From Lama glama (taxonomy: Eukaryota), in the NCBI GenBank assembly GCA_028534125.1, contig CM052817.1, positions 61,754,001 to 61,818,000 of the forward strand: DNA of 64,000 bases. The letters run 5' to 3'. Within the stretch, counting starts at the first letter, position 1. Every line of letters begins with the position of its first letter. A program made the position numbers and the translations under genes. Positions 11,117 to 23,802 of this stretch are shown piece by piece. The notes beneath the pieces were generated by a model that was not told the origin of the DNA, made no database searches, and was given only the letters and a program-made list of their open reading frames with translations.

Positions 11117-13224
11117 GCAGCCCCTCAGTGTTAATTGTTATTCAGAAGTGATTGTTGCTCAGGTGGTGCCTGGTGTCAGAACGAGTAGCAGGGATGTAGT
11201 CAAATGAGAGGACTCCACTCCGGTTAGCACGGTCGGGATGGGTCACATGGGAACACTGGGGTTTTCCCTGGGTGCTGAGGATGGTAGTGCAAGTTTAAAC
11301 AGAAGGTCAGGATTTAGCAATGATGTTTGAAATAATGAGTTTGGATGAGCCTGGTATGATTGGAAAAATGTGAGAAACTTGATTTGACAGGAAAAGAGCT
11401 TCGTATTGGGAAGTCATGAGAGGTTAAGTGCCTGTAAGATGGAAGACCAGATTGTAGAGTTGCTTGAAAATCAGGCTGTTTTTTTTGTTTTGTTTTTAAG
11501 CTCATGTTAAAGATTATTGAACTGGAGTGTGACATGAAGAGAATTTTAGAAGGGTTAAAATGTTTTCTTTAACTCTACAAATTTCTCTATATTTTTAATA
11601 TGAAAAATGAAGTGTGTATTTCACATATTAGAGATGTCCTTAACACGAATACCTTTCAGAACATTTGAAATGATCTTGTTAGCAATTCGTGGTAATAGCT
11701 GGGTAGGCAGCAGTCTCATAAGGCACGTGCAGCTCCTTGAAATAGTGTGTCCAGATGCTCTCCCCGCCTTGTCTGTGAGAACATATAAGGTATAAGGACC
11801 CTTCGCAGACCAGTCTGGTCGGACTTGTAGGTCGTCCCTGAGTCAGTTAGTGAGCATTTTACAGAGACTCCTGGAAGCTGAATATTTCTTTGGATTATTA
11901 GAATGTTTCTTACTTCTCATATTTATTTTAAATATTTTTTACTAATATTATTGTTTGAGCCATATGGGCTGTCTTTAAAAGGATAACATTCTTTCTTGAA
12001 GTGTAATGTAAAATTTCATTACAAAATATGTAGTTGTGTTCCATTTCATAAAGTTAATTTACTTCACAGAGCTTTACAAAGTACTTTGGCTAGTGAAGTT
12101 TTTGATCTTTGATTAAAATGTCAGGTAATAAAAATATTATGTGAGTTGAGATAGCTGAAATCTAGGGCAGAGAGTATGACTTTAGTTGCAACTGGGAAGG
12201 TCTTGTGCATTATTTATTTTTGAAATCCCCTTAAAAGTTAAAAAGGTCAGTGTGAGAAGTAATCTAAAACTTAAGTTTTCAGAGATTTAAATGTTAATTG
12301 AATTGTCTGCATATTCTCAGTGTTGAAGAAGCTTAATAGCTTTTGAATTATTGTTCTAATTGAGAGTGTCAACACATCTTGAATTATTGAATGATCCTAA
12401 GGACCAGCTCCTCTTAACTTGTTGGAACTGTCTGGGATGCTAAATTTTTCTCTTTTTGCTCATACAAAGGGCCAGAACTTTGCAAATCTTCTCATTTTAT
12501 GATGGCAGTTTTAGTCATGTCATCTTTTAAGGGAAGTAAAGTTACATCTCAATAAAAGGAAACACTGTATCTGTGTCACCAGTTCTGAGGCGCTATAATC
12601 TCCTCATTATGGCTGTAGTATTAAGACTCTTGCTTACCTTAAACATAATTTCACAGCATAAATCTCCTATACTAGACTCTTTGAGAGCTTTATCCTTGGA
12701 CGTTGCTCGTTTTTTACTCGTTATGTCAATAAACTGTTTTCAGGGACAACCGGAGTAAGCAGGGTCGGTCTCTTACACATCCATGTGTTCTAGGAATGGG
12801 TGATAGTAATGTTGGAACATAACAAGAGAAAGCTATTTGGCATTCTGAGGCAAATTAGGTCTTAGAGTCTGCTTTAATTTTAAAAACAAAAGCTCTACTG
12901 TTTTAGCCAGAAAACAAAATATCTTGGAGTTAAACATGGAAAATGTTTATAGTGTTGTATAGTTTTATTACTTAAGACAGAAGGAAACAGTTTATTGAGA
13001 AACTTTTTCAGCCAATAAGAAATTTTATACAAGCCAACAATCAAGAGGTGAACAAAAAACATTTTCTGGTTTAGGGAGAATGAATGGTGAAGGCTTAAGA
13101 CGCTTAACCATTCACTTTGAAACAAGTGCAGTCTTTTTTTGCTTTTATGTGACAATAGACAGCTAGCCAAGTAGAAAGGCTTTGAGTTACAGAATTGGCC
13201 TCAAAATGAAGGATGTGCCCTTTT

Positions 13225-13482
13225 CTACTTTTTCTTCCCTGCTTGCTAGAATGCTAATTTGATGGCTGAACCTCAAGCCAGATATCTTGAACCAAGAGTT
13301 AGCAGTCACATGTGGAGGATGGTGCAAAAACGATTATCAAAAGAAACTAGGTCTTTTGGAATCGTGGTGTTGTCATACCAAACCTGTCTGTTACCTGGAG
13401 ATTTTATTTACAAAAGAGGAATAATCTGTCTGTTTAAGCCACTGTTGTTTTAGGTTTTTTATCACTCATAGCTGAATATAAT
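13225..13482 (+). mobile_element. Old MLT1 (H-K group) LTR fragment
   Basis: 'gatggctgaacctcaagcc...atcttgaacca...tgtttaagccactgttgttttaggtttttt...catagctgaa'. Confidence 0.65.
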
Positions 13483-13517
13483 TGTGAGTCATACATCCTC
13501 CCCTGTTGCATCTACTC

Positions 13518-13746
13518 CTGGAGTCAGTAAACTATAGTCTGCTGACCAAATCCAGCCAACTGTCCATTTTGTAAACAAAGTTTTATTGGAACACAGCCAT
13601 GCCCGTTTGCTTACATACTGTCTGCGGCTGGCAGTGACTGCTCTCCTGCTGCAGTGGCAGGGAAGAGCAGTTACAGACCATGTGGCCCCCAAAGCCTAAA
13701 ACATGTATGATCTCGCCCTTCAAAGGAAAAAAAATTGCTGGTCTTG
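13518..13746 (+). mobile_element. MER58A (hAT-Charlie MITE)
   Basis: 'ccaaatccagcc...ttttgtaaacaaagttttattggaacacagccatgccc...aaagcctaaaacatgtatgatct'. Confidence 0.85.
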
Positions 13747-13909
13747 TCTGTGCATTGACCTCACTTGTTTTTCGTTGAAAATGTCTCTTTTATTGTTCTT
13801 TTTTCCTGTATTTATACAGGTCCTTTACCAGGCTAACCATTTTTACTTTACATTTGAACTGCTTTAGCTGTCTTATTGTAAGCTTTCTTAAATCATTTGT
13901 AACGCTACC

Positions 13910-14960
13910 ATTTATTCATTCTACCAGATGCACCGTAACACGGTAAGCTTTTGTAAAGTTCACATTATGTCACTCCTCTGATCAGAAACTTTTGGTGATT
14001 TCCTATTTCCTACAGCATCACATCGTACAATTTGTGCTTGTCTTTTATGATTCTTTATATTTTTGCCCTGCTCCAGCATGCCAACATTAGTTTTTGTTCA
14101 TTTATTCATTAATTTAACTTACTTTAAAAATACCAGTGTGTCCTGGGAAACCTGAAGCGAACCCACAATTCCAGTGACTCTTTGCCTGTAAAGTAGTAAA
14201 TAGCTTCTGTTGGTCGCTTAGCCACAAGTCTTCCCTATTCTGCTCTTATCTTCCATACAGCTTTTTGGGTGAGTTTTCTGGAATGCAGTTCCGATAATGT
14301 CACACTCCTGATTACAGCCCACATCACCTGCATGGCAGGTAGTGCAGGTTAAATCTGTGCATGGCATCGTGTACAAGGCTTTGTCTGATTTGGCCCTTGC
14401 GTATTTTCTACACTTCTGTTTCTTCTTTGAGAGGACCTTTCACTATAACCTTGAGGGCTTGCCCTTTATAAAATTTCTGCCCAGTTTTTTCTTCTTTTGC
14501 ACATACAATACCTCTGTCTAAAGAATCCTTCTTTCCACCTTCTTCCTGCCAGCCCTTTTCTGCAATAATTATGTGTCTGTATTAACTCTTCCTAAGTGAC
14601 GCACAGGTGCCTCCTTCACTGTGAGGTGTCCTGCCTCTCCTGAGTTCACCAATCCTCCTCTGTGTTTCCATGCAGCCTTGTGCGTACTTACCATTGAGCC
14701 CTTGTGTATGAGCCCAGTGGCTCCTTGGACTGAAGTTTCCTGGTCATATGTTCTCCTTGGGTCTTGTAGTTTTCCCTCATGCCAGTTATCACAGTTGTGT
14801 GTTGTATTGCTCTGTATTGCCATGGGATGAATGTCCTTCCAGTTCACCACTTTCCTGACCCTAGGCCAGACCTGCAGCCTTGTGCTCACCATTGAATTTC
14901 CCAGCATACAGCTGAGTACCTGGCACACAACTGACACTCAGTACTTGGTTGTTGAATGAG
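13910..14960 (+). mobile_element. L2 fragments
   Basis: 'atgtcactcctctgatcagaaac', 'gtcacactcctg' and terminal 'gtacctggcacacaactgacactcagtacttggttgttgaatgag'. Confidence 0.6.
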
Positions 14961-16035
14961 TAGACTAATTTGTGGAGGGCAAAAGATTTTTTTTTCTTTT
15001 ATATTTGTGTCTGTGTCGCATAGCACAGAACACAACAATGTTAATTTATCACTAATGAAGCCTTAAAGAGTACTTTTTTAAAAACAGAGACTCTTTTCTT
15101 CAAATAAATCTTATCAAAAGTCCAATGTATAAAAGAGATAAAAGCAGAACTTCCATGTTTGAATACCCCTCCCCTGGCTCCCTGCTGGGCTCCAGCATCC
15201 CCTGGCCTCCCCTCAGGGCTGAGTAGTGTTTGGGAAACCACTGGAGAGTGGAAATAACTTTGGCTGCAGCAGCAGGTGAGCAGTGTTTTTCATCAAGCCC
15301 TGGCTGTCCCTGTCTGTCCCTGGGCAAGCGATTTAAGTGCTCCGGGACTTGGTTTTCTTATCTTTGAAATGAAAGGTTCAAACTTACGTTCTTGGTGTTT
15401 CTTTCCAGCTATGCAAGTATATTTAAATGTTTCAGGTTTTTCCCAGCTCTTGGTCCCCACTTAGATATACTTGTTCTCTTATTGGAGTGTGCTTGCCTCT
15501 GCCTCACTCGTGTGCTGGATTTCTCTGACGACCGTGCCAACTCATCTCAGAAGTCTTCCCCAGCTACCCCTTTACGTATTGCACCTGTCACATTCATTGT
15601 CTACAGCACATAAACTAGAACCTAGCAGAGTTGGCTCGGTACAGAGTTTCCATGCCAAACATGCTTTAGCAAGTCGATTGGCCAGACACCCACTTTGCTT
15701 ACCTTAAACAACCTAATCCTATTTCATAATACTAAGGCACATTCTTTCCATGTGTATATTATTTGCCTCCTGATAAACATGTAAATATATTCTGTGGGAG
15801 GGAATGCTGTGTGGAGTGTCTCCTGTTGATCAATCACCTCAGTTAGCTTTATCTGTATAATTGCACAGACTTCATATTTCTATGTACCTCTTATCCTTTA
15901 CTATTTACTTGTTGATGGGCTGATCATTTGAAAATTAATTACCTATTAATTCCTCAAGTTAGGAGAAACAGGAAAATGTGCTTTCAATTGCTGAGATCAC
16001 AATTCCAGTGAGACTGTACTTATACAAGAGGGGCA

Positions 16036-16169
16036 ATCCATTGAAGTCCTCTCTGTCCATTTTTCATTAGATTCAAGAATGGAGCAGAAGAGGGACCTGC
16101 TTATCCATTGAAGTCCTCTCTGTCCATTTTTCATTAGATTCAAGAATGGAGCAGAAGAGGGACCTGCTT
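16036..16169. repeat. Perfect 67-bp tandem duplication
   Basis: atccattgaagtcctctctgtccatttttcattagattcaagaatggagcagaagagggacctgctt at 16036-16102 and 16103-16169. Confidence 0.97.
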
Positions 16170-16350
16170 TTGCAGTCAGGTCTGAATTTGAATCAGATTT
16201 CTGCACGCCTTTCCACAGATTAAAACCCCTTTGACTTTAGATTCCTTATTTTTAATAGAGTAATGCCTACTTTCTCGGGGTTGTTGTGAAGATTAGAGCT
16301 AACATATGTCTAGAGCCTGTCACATAGTAGGCAACCCGCCCTACGTAACT
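16170..16350 (+). mobile_element. MIR
   Basis: 'gcagtcaggtctgaatttgaatc...cctactttctcggggttgttgtgaagattag...gcctgtcacatagtagg'. Confidence 0.7.
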
Positions 16351-19300
16351 GTTCATGGTATTTCTTAACACTGAAGGAATCCGAGACGAACTCCCTGTGG
16401 CCAAAGAAAAAGATCTAGGTATTTGATAGGGTCCATGCAAATCCATTTGTTTTCTGGCCCGGCTTGTGTAAGAGATTTCAAATGAAAGTTACGAGCTTTT
16501 TTTTCCCTTCAGGCTAATTCTCTCCTGGTTTGAAAATGGTGAAAGAAATTGGAGAAAATAAGGAGAACTAGGAACTTTCATTAAAGCTGTTCAAATTTTG
16601 TGGAACTGATTTTTTTTTCTTCTGAATTTATTTAGTAGCACACTGGAGGAGTGTTCTTCCTGATGAATATGTTTCAAAGAAATGTAGTTTGATTTAGACA
16701 AGAGTAAATTGTGTAAGTTTGTTCTTATGTTTACACATACGCACAGGAGTATTGATACGATAAACACTTCTTTAGGCACTCGGCAGCTCTGAACAGTATT
16801 GAGACTAACAACCCTATGATCCAACAATGGAACGTTTGTGGAATTGAGAAAGACAAAGAAACGTTGGAAAGCAGGGTCATTGGTGCATAGGGAAAGCATT
16901 AAACCAGCAAAGCACTTAGAATGGACATGCGACTACACAGTTGTAGAAAAAAAAATTTTGAGTCTCTCAACACAAAGTCTTGGTTTTGGACTCCCTTAGT
17001 TTAAATATTGACTTCTGAAATGGGATGAAAGTTGATATGTGCCCTGTTGCAATGTCTTTCTCACCACATGTTAAGTGGCAATAACATAACCTTGTTGGGT
17101 AGAAGCTAGTACTGAGTTGTTCCTGATTTACAGCTCTGGTAATTTTTCTTGTTCTGGGAATACACTGCATGAGAACACATGTTGAAGCTAAAATTGGCTT
17201 TAAACCTACCTAAGTAAAAGAATTCTTCTCATATAACCAACTTATAAATATTTAGATTTTAAAATGGTGTTTCAATATATAGATTCTATTCCCTTTCTCA
17301 GAGAAATTATCAAAAGAATAAAAAATATAAGTATAGAGACAAAGGTAGCATTAGGAGTAATTACAAAGAATGATAGTTCAGTTTTAGAAGAAAATAGAAT
17401 GCTTAAGTAGCCCTGAAAAAAACAGTGTAAAAATTTTGCCATAAGAAGGACAAGCGTATGTTTGCTTATTCGAAGGGTAAGGAATATACTGTAATGAAAA
17501 AAATGCAAACTTTTTAATTAGTCACAATGTTTTTTACTGTGAGTAATCCATTATGCAGTGGACATTCTTTAAGCCATGAACTCTTTATAATGAACTCTAT
17601 GGAAAATCTCCCAGTAATTGGGTAATTCCAGAGCCTTCACTTGGCTATGTATATATGGCATAAATGTTAAGAGAGTTTATGACTTAATTGTCATGCCTGA
17701 GAAATTTTTGCATTTTATTAACTTTAACTTAAAGTACAATTGGGTTGAAAACCTAAAGTTTGATGACTAAATTCAGATTATATGCAATGATTGAAAAATA
17801 TTTTATATGGTAGGTTTATACCGAAAAATTTTCATGAATACAATCTTCTGTATCCTAAGAGATAATGTGGGAAAGTTTAAGGGTAGAGTCTGGAAGTTCC
17901 ACAAAGGGAAGGACGGCCCTTGGAGAAATGTTTAATCTTGGGAGGTGACAGGAAATGGCAGGAAGACCAAGCATGTGAGGTATTTTTATACACAACTGAT
18001 GGGTAGGGAAGAGATAGGAATCCATGACAAAATATGTCAAAAGTTGGGTTATGTTCAAACTCTGTATGTTTACGAAAAATAAAACCATGGAATTAAGGAA
18101 TAGTTTCCTCTTTTGACCAAGCCCAAGCAAGCCCTTGTAGACCTTTTGTGCAGTCTTCAGCTCCCTGAAGTAGACATACAAGCACCTTTAACATCTTTCT
18201 TGGGCTTAGTGATTAATGTATTTGACTTGAGAAGCACACCTAGAAGTGGAGCCATGCAGGAAATAGGGGGAGTTACAAATGCCGCATTCTCGTTACAGAT
18301 TATGTACATCAACACGTTTGTTGTAAAGTGACTTTCTATGATTGCATTCCATTTTCTTACTAACTTCTCTTATAGAATAGATAACTTTATAAGTGTTTTT
18401 GTCCATGTGAAGAAGACTAATATTCCTTTAAAACTACTTAATGAAATAGTAGGAACATGAAAAATTCTGACTATGGTACTGTAAGAGCTCAAAATCAGTC
18501 AGATCCAGAAATTTATCAGAGGACGTGAGATAGCACCCATGACCATGTTCTTTATCCCGCTTGGAAGGTTATCTCCATAAGGGTAATGATAATAACATTT
18601 TAGGATTTTGATTAATTTTCCTATTAGCTGTATAATTATAAACAATACTTGTAACTTTATATTCAGAGAGGTTTTGTTTTTCCTTTTTGTCATCTTTGGA
18701 CTATCTTGGCATCTCTCCAGTTGCCATTACTTAAAATATTTGTATGGTTTATTTTTTATTCAGAAAGAAAGAGGTAGCTAGAGACCAAAGTGATTACCTT
18801 GCTTGTAGCGGCAGCCCCGCCTGCCCTGTCTCCCTCCCTCCTCAGGATAAGACCTCACTGCGTGTCCACTGGAAGAATGTTACAATGCTAAGTGTTGGCA
18901 TGTGGTGAGTAATTAAAAAAAATAAATAAAGGCAGGTTTAAGAAAGATATTTTTTTATGGGCTACACTTTAAATGAGAAAATTTGAAAATGCTATACTGA
19001 GTTCTGGACAAAACACGTTTATTTAAAAATTAGGTATCTTACTTTATCGGGCTGAAAAATGTCAGAAAATTTACACTGCTGTTTTAGACACTGAAATGTT
19101 AGGAGGAGTATTTGAGAAGCGGCAACCTCAAAGTAACTTTATAATCCTTAAATTAGTCTTAGCTTTGATCCTTATGCCGAAACTTAAAGGCAGCTCACAG
19201 ACTTGGGCAGGTGGCAGGCATACGGCCCATGGGCCTCTGGTGTTCGAGTCAGCGCTAAAATCCATCCCAGGCTAAGTCAGTGAGAATTTAAGATCTTTCT

Positions 19301-19859
19301 TGATGAGTGAGTTTGACACCATTGGCACCATTATGTTCGTGTACTGTTGTTCTCAAGTGATTAGGTCTTTGAGGTGTTACTTCGGATCCACCCCCACCCA
19401 GTACTCCAGTTTCTGCCATCAGATTCCCCTGGTGTTCTACGTGCTTTTCCCAGCTCCACCGTGTTATTTGATTTTGTGGATTTTCTAGCAGTTTTTCTGG
19501 CCAATTTTAGTTGATCTGTACATCCCAGGGCTCCTTGGTCGACTGCATTCCACCCATCCTGTGACTGCATTCTGATACTGAGACACTTACTTGTTTAGAA
19601 GCCTGCAGTTGCCAGGCTACTAGAGTAGACTGTTCATTCTGTTCAGAACCTGAAGGCTTTCATTTTATTTTATATTTATTTATTTTAATATTGGATAGTA
19701 TTCTCAGAAAACTTGTAGCCCATCACAGAGCCCCCCTCCCCCTACTTTAGCCTGACAAAATCCTGATTATTTTTAAAATGTCCTATTTGCATTTTAGGAT
19801 TAGGAGCCTATGTTCACGTTGCAAGAACAGAATCAACAGAGCAGAAATCTTGCTCTTCT

Positions 19860-20045
19860 GCTTTAGCTTTCTCCTTGCTAACGTGCTGTATTTCACTTTT
19901 GAATCTGGTTTATAATTTGTCTTCTTCACTACAGTGTAAGCTCTGTCTGGGCAGGAAATTGTCTGCTTTGTTCCCCTTTGTATCTTCAGTTCTTGTAACA
20001 GTGCCTGGCACACAGTATATGCTCAATATTTGTAGACTGAAATTC
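19860..20045 (+). mobile_element. L2 3' end
   Basis: 'tgtaagctctgtctgggcagg...aacagtgcctggcacacagtatatgctcaatatttg'. Confidence 0.8.
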
Positions 20046-20372
20046 TAACTTTGTCAAATAATTATGTCTTTAAGTTGAGAAGTCGGCTAAGGAATTAATG
20101 TTCACTGTGTTCTGATTGCCTGGTGGTTTCTTATATGTAAAAAGTGATACTTTCATGAGGTTTTAAATGTTTGCTATACTTTTCAGTGTTTCAAAACTTA
20201 CTACACTTAAGAACTATAATTGCAGATTAACTTTTTAGTTACTTACAAGCCTAGGATTATGTTTTTGTTATATATCTTATTTTATATTTTACAACCCTTT
20301 AAATTCTGCTTTTTTGTTGTATAAACCCATTAAAATCAGCAATAACTTATTAATTGATCCTGAGACAGTCTT

Positions 20373-20595
20373 TTTTTTTTTTTTACATTTTCATCTCTTT
20401 GTTGAACTTCACCTTTTGTTATTTATTATACTGTTTCCTTATCTGTTACATTGTTTATCTGGGTTCTCTCATAGCTCTCTTAGCACCTTCTTGTTTGTTT
20501 AATGGAGGTACTGGGTATTGAACTCAGGACCTTCTGCATGCTAAGCACGCATTCTACCACTGAGCTATATCCCTGCCTGCCTCCCCTCAAGACCC
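20373..20595 (-). mobile_element. tRNA-Ala(AGC)-derived SINE (Vic-1-like) with L1 ORF1-like 3' extension and poly(A)
   Basis: Reverse complement of 20503-20573 is GGGATATAGCTCAGTGGTAGAATGCGTGCTTAGCATGCAGAAGGTCCTGAGTTCAATACCCAGTACCTCCA (A box, AGC anticodon, B box); T14 at 20371-20384; TSD acagtctt at 20365-20372 and 20596-20603. Confidence 0.85.
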
Positions 20596-22199
20596 ACAGT
20601 CTTAAAACATTTTACAGTTGCTGAATTTGGGATATATCTTAATGTCATCATATGACAATAACACCGTTTTTTCCCTTACTGCTACATAAAATGCTGATGT
20701 GCTGCATCATATAAATGTTTTATATTTGATGAAATACTTTAGTTATGCTTTGACATTTTGGATAGTGTTTGAGAATCCTTTAATTTCTAGAGTGATTTCC
20801 ATTTGAATCACAAAACTAGTGTGAAAAGCCTTCACAAAAACACCTTATAGTCCTATTTCCTACACTTCATATACCTCAGTTACTCTAACAAAATATTTTG
20901 GAGGGGGTTTCCTCTTACTAAATACTGAACTGGAGGGACTGCTTGATCGCCCAGCAGCGATTTCAAGGTACTACTTCTGACATCGCATGTAGTGGAAACC
21001 TGTCAGTTTGCAGTTTGACAAATGAACTCAGCCCTTCATGTGACCTTATCTGTAAGGTGCACTTTCCATCTCCTAAGTAAACCAGAGGTGCCCTTCAGAG
21101 GCCAATTTTTGATAGCATATTAGAATCACATGTAAAAGAAGTGTTTGTGAGAGTCCAGAATATGTCTCCCAGGTGGGGAAGCAAGGGCTTGTGAGAGTTG
21201 TCAGAGAAACTGTGTGGAGTTTTCAGGTTTTGAAGAGACTGTTTGCTGCCTCTGATTCACTGACTGTCTTGGTAGAAAATCATCCAACCTCTCTAAGCTG
21301 CAATTTCAATTCTTGTGAAATGAGAGAACTGGACTGTGGAATATGATAAAAATAACTGTTTTCGCTCTAGGAATGGATTGTGTTAGAAAGGTTCAATTTG
21401 ATTTAAGTTTAAAAAAAGAAAATGGGAGCATCCATTGGTTGGAATTGAGTGACCCCATCAGTGTTTGAACTCAGTATGTTTATTGATTGAATTAGTCACT
21501 ATAAAAAACTTTTACTAAGGTAGTTTATTATTCTACTTGTCACTTTAAGGAAGAGCAGTGTGGTCCTCAGCTCTATCCCCTGTGTCAGTTAACTGCAGCA
21601 TTTAGTTTCACGTGGCAACTAAAACATGATGGATAAGCATGCACTACCCTAATGTAATTCAGAGATGCCTCAGCCACAGGTGGCAGCTCCTTACCTACTT
21701 CCTTTCCTGATCTTATTGAGCCTGACACCACAAAGATCAGATTTAATTACCATTTTCCTTTTACTGCTTGTCTATTGATAGACTTACTGCTTTCAATATT
21801 TAATGTTACAGAATATTTGGATTATGTAATCCAGCAAAATTCAGGTTTTTAATGCATCTGATAACTGTGTAAATTTCAATAATGGGATGAACATAAATGT
21901 TATTAGCAGATTTCAATTCCAGGTAAAACTTTTTTGATTTATAATTTTATAATTATTCAGTTTCACCATTTATAAGATGGAGATAATGTGCATCTTGAAG
22001 TATTTAAATATTAGAAGCACTATAGTGAAAACACTTTCATAGAACCCAGTTAATAGTAGTTGCTAAGTAAATATCAGTGTCATAACTATAATTGATAATC
22101 ACTCTTTGATTATTCATAACTCATTTATTGAATTAAAAGTTCATATTTGAATTTATGACTTGCTTTTGATGAACTTCTAAAACTTGGATTACTAACCAA

Positions 22200-22640
22200 A
22201 AAAAGTATTTTAGGCATTGACATTTTAAAGACTCCAGTCATACATGTAAATTGCTTCTCAGAATGTTTGTATTAATTTATACTTCCATCATCAGTGTGTA
22301 AGTGTTTTTTCTCCATACCCTTCCCAATATTGAATATTATCAAAACTTTACACTGATTTACTTAGGTGGGGTCTCTCAGAGTTAATTTTCATTTGTTTTG
22401 TCAACAATGAAGTTAAATTTTTTCATGGTTATGGTTCTTTGCTGTGAGTTATCACTGCATGATTTTTTCTTTTATTTAGTATTTTTCTTACTAACTTAAT
22501 TATATTAAGGCTATTAAAACTCTGTCATATTTCTAAAAAAGATATTCATAGCCTGGTATTTATCCTTCATTTTACTTTGAAAAAAATTTAACATTTAGTT
22601 TCTATAGAAGAATCATTTAAAATATCTTTTTCCACATTGA
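22200..22640 (-). mobile_element. Very old L1ME-like fragment
   Basis: 'aaattgcttctcagaatgtttgtattaatttatacttccatcatcagtgtgtaagtg...ctccatacccttcccaatattg'. Confidence 0.55.
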
Positions 22641-23298
22641 GTCTTTTTTCAACAGCCTTTGCTGTCTCTCTCTAGTCTTTCCTAGATTAGTTTGCAGGAC
22701 TCCCCAATTTCTGGCCTTCTCATGCATCCCTCATCTCTCCTTTGGATTCCAGTTGTGCCCTGATTCATGTGGATCCCATATAGCATCAAAAAATAGGCAG
22801 ACCACACCACTAACTCTGAGGAACCAGCACACTGCACAGGGAGGAAGCTTTCAGTTTGTTAAGAAAGTGTTGGGGCTGCTTCATGCTCCATAGTCTGTGT
22901 CGGCTTTGGGGGTTGGCCGGTGAGTGGGAGGTATGTGTCCTTGGCCAGCTCTGCAAAGAGGACGCAGAATATTGCTTGGTTGTGAAAAAATGAAGAACAA
23001 CTTACTCTGCCCAAAAACATCCTCAAGTGTTCAGAGATTCAGATTCTTGTTTGGAGACTTCGGGAATTTGGTGCCTGCACCTGAGCATATTTTAATTTGC
23101 CTTTCTTTAATACCTTGAGGTGGTAGTACCTTTTTGATTTTGCTTAATGATTTTGCCTAAAGATTTATGGACAATGTCTTTAAAAAATATTTCTTTTTCT
23201 TAGTAAAGTTTGATCAGAATATCTATTCCTATTTTTAGAAATTTTTATGACTTTTCCCGTATATAGCCTAAATGAGATGTAATATTTTCTGCTCTTCA

Positions 23299-23802
23299 TT
23301 TCTGTTATCTCTAGCCGCATAATGAATTATTCCAATCCAAAGTGGCTTAAACCCACAACAGCTATTCTCTCAGTTTTTGTGAGTCAGGAATGTGTAGAGG
23401 GTTTGGCTGTTTGCTTCTGGCTTTCATGTGTTTTGCAGTCGGACAGTGGCTGAAGTTGGGACAGCAGGCAGCTGAAGCAGCTGGGGCCTTGTCCAGCATG
23501 TCTTTTCACACACTCAGGGCTTGTCCATGTGGTCTGTCTACATGGGGTAACTGGGGCTTCACAGCATGGCAGCTACAAGGCAGTCATCCTGCTAACATGG
23601 TAGCTGAGTGCTTCAAGAGTGAGTACTCTAGTGACAAGGGGAGAACAGTAATGCCTTTAGTGGTACACTCTCTATATCACATAGGTTCAACTTACATCAC
23701 TTACATTGAAGTAAAAAATTCAAGGTGAATCAGAGTTATAGGAAGAACATAGTGGGATGGCAGATGTTACTGTAATTATCTTTGGAAAATATAATCTGCC
23801 AC
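23299..23802 (-). mobile_element. MLT1H-like LTR (3' LTR of provirus)
   Basis: Starts 'gttatctctagccgcataatgaatt...gtggcttaaa', ends 'atctttggaaaatataatctgccac'. Confidence 0.8.

Noticed and set aside
16036..16169. Tandem repeats as a CRISPR-like array
   Set aside because: Two adjacent copies without spacers, in mammalian DNA
20503..20574. Functional tRNA-Ala(AGC) gene
   Set aside because: Several substitutions disrupt the stems and B box; A-tail, TSD and lack of a T-run terminator indicate a SINE copy
21670..21690. CTCF-like gccacaggtggcagc
   Set aside because: Three mismatches in the 5' core
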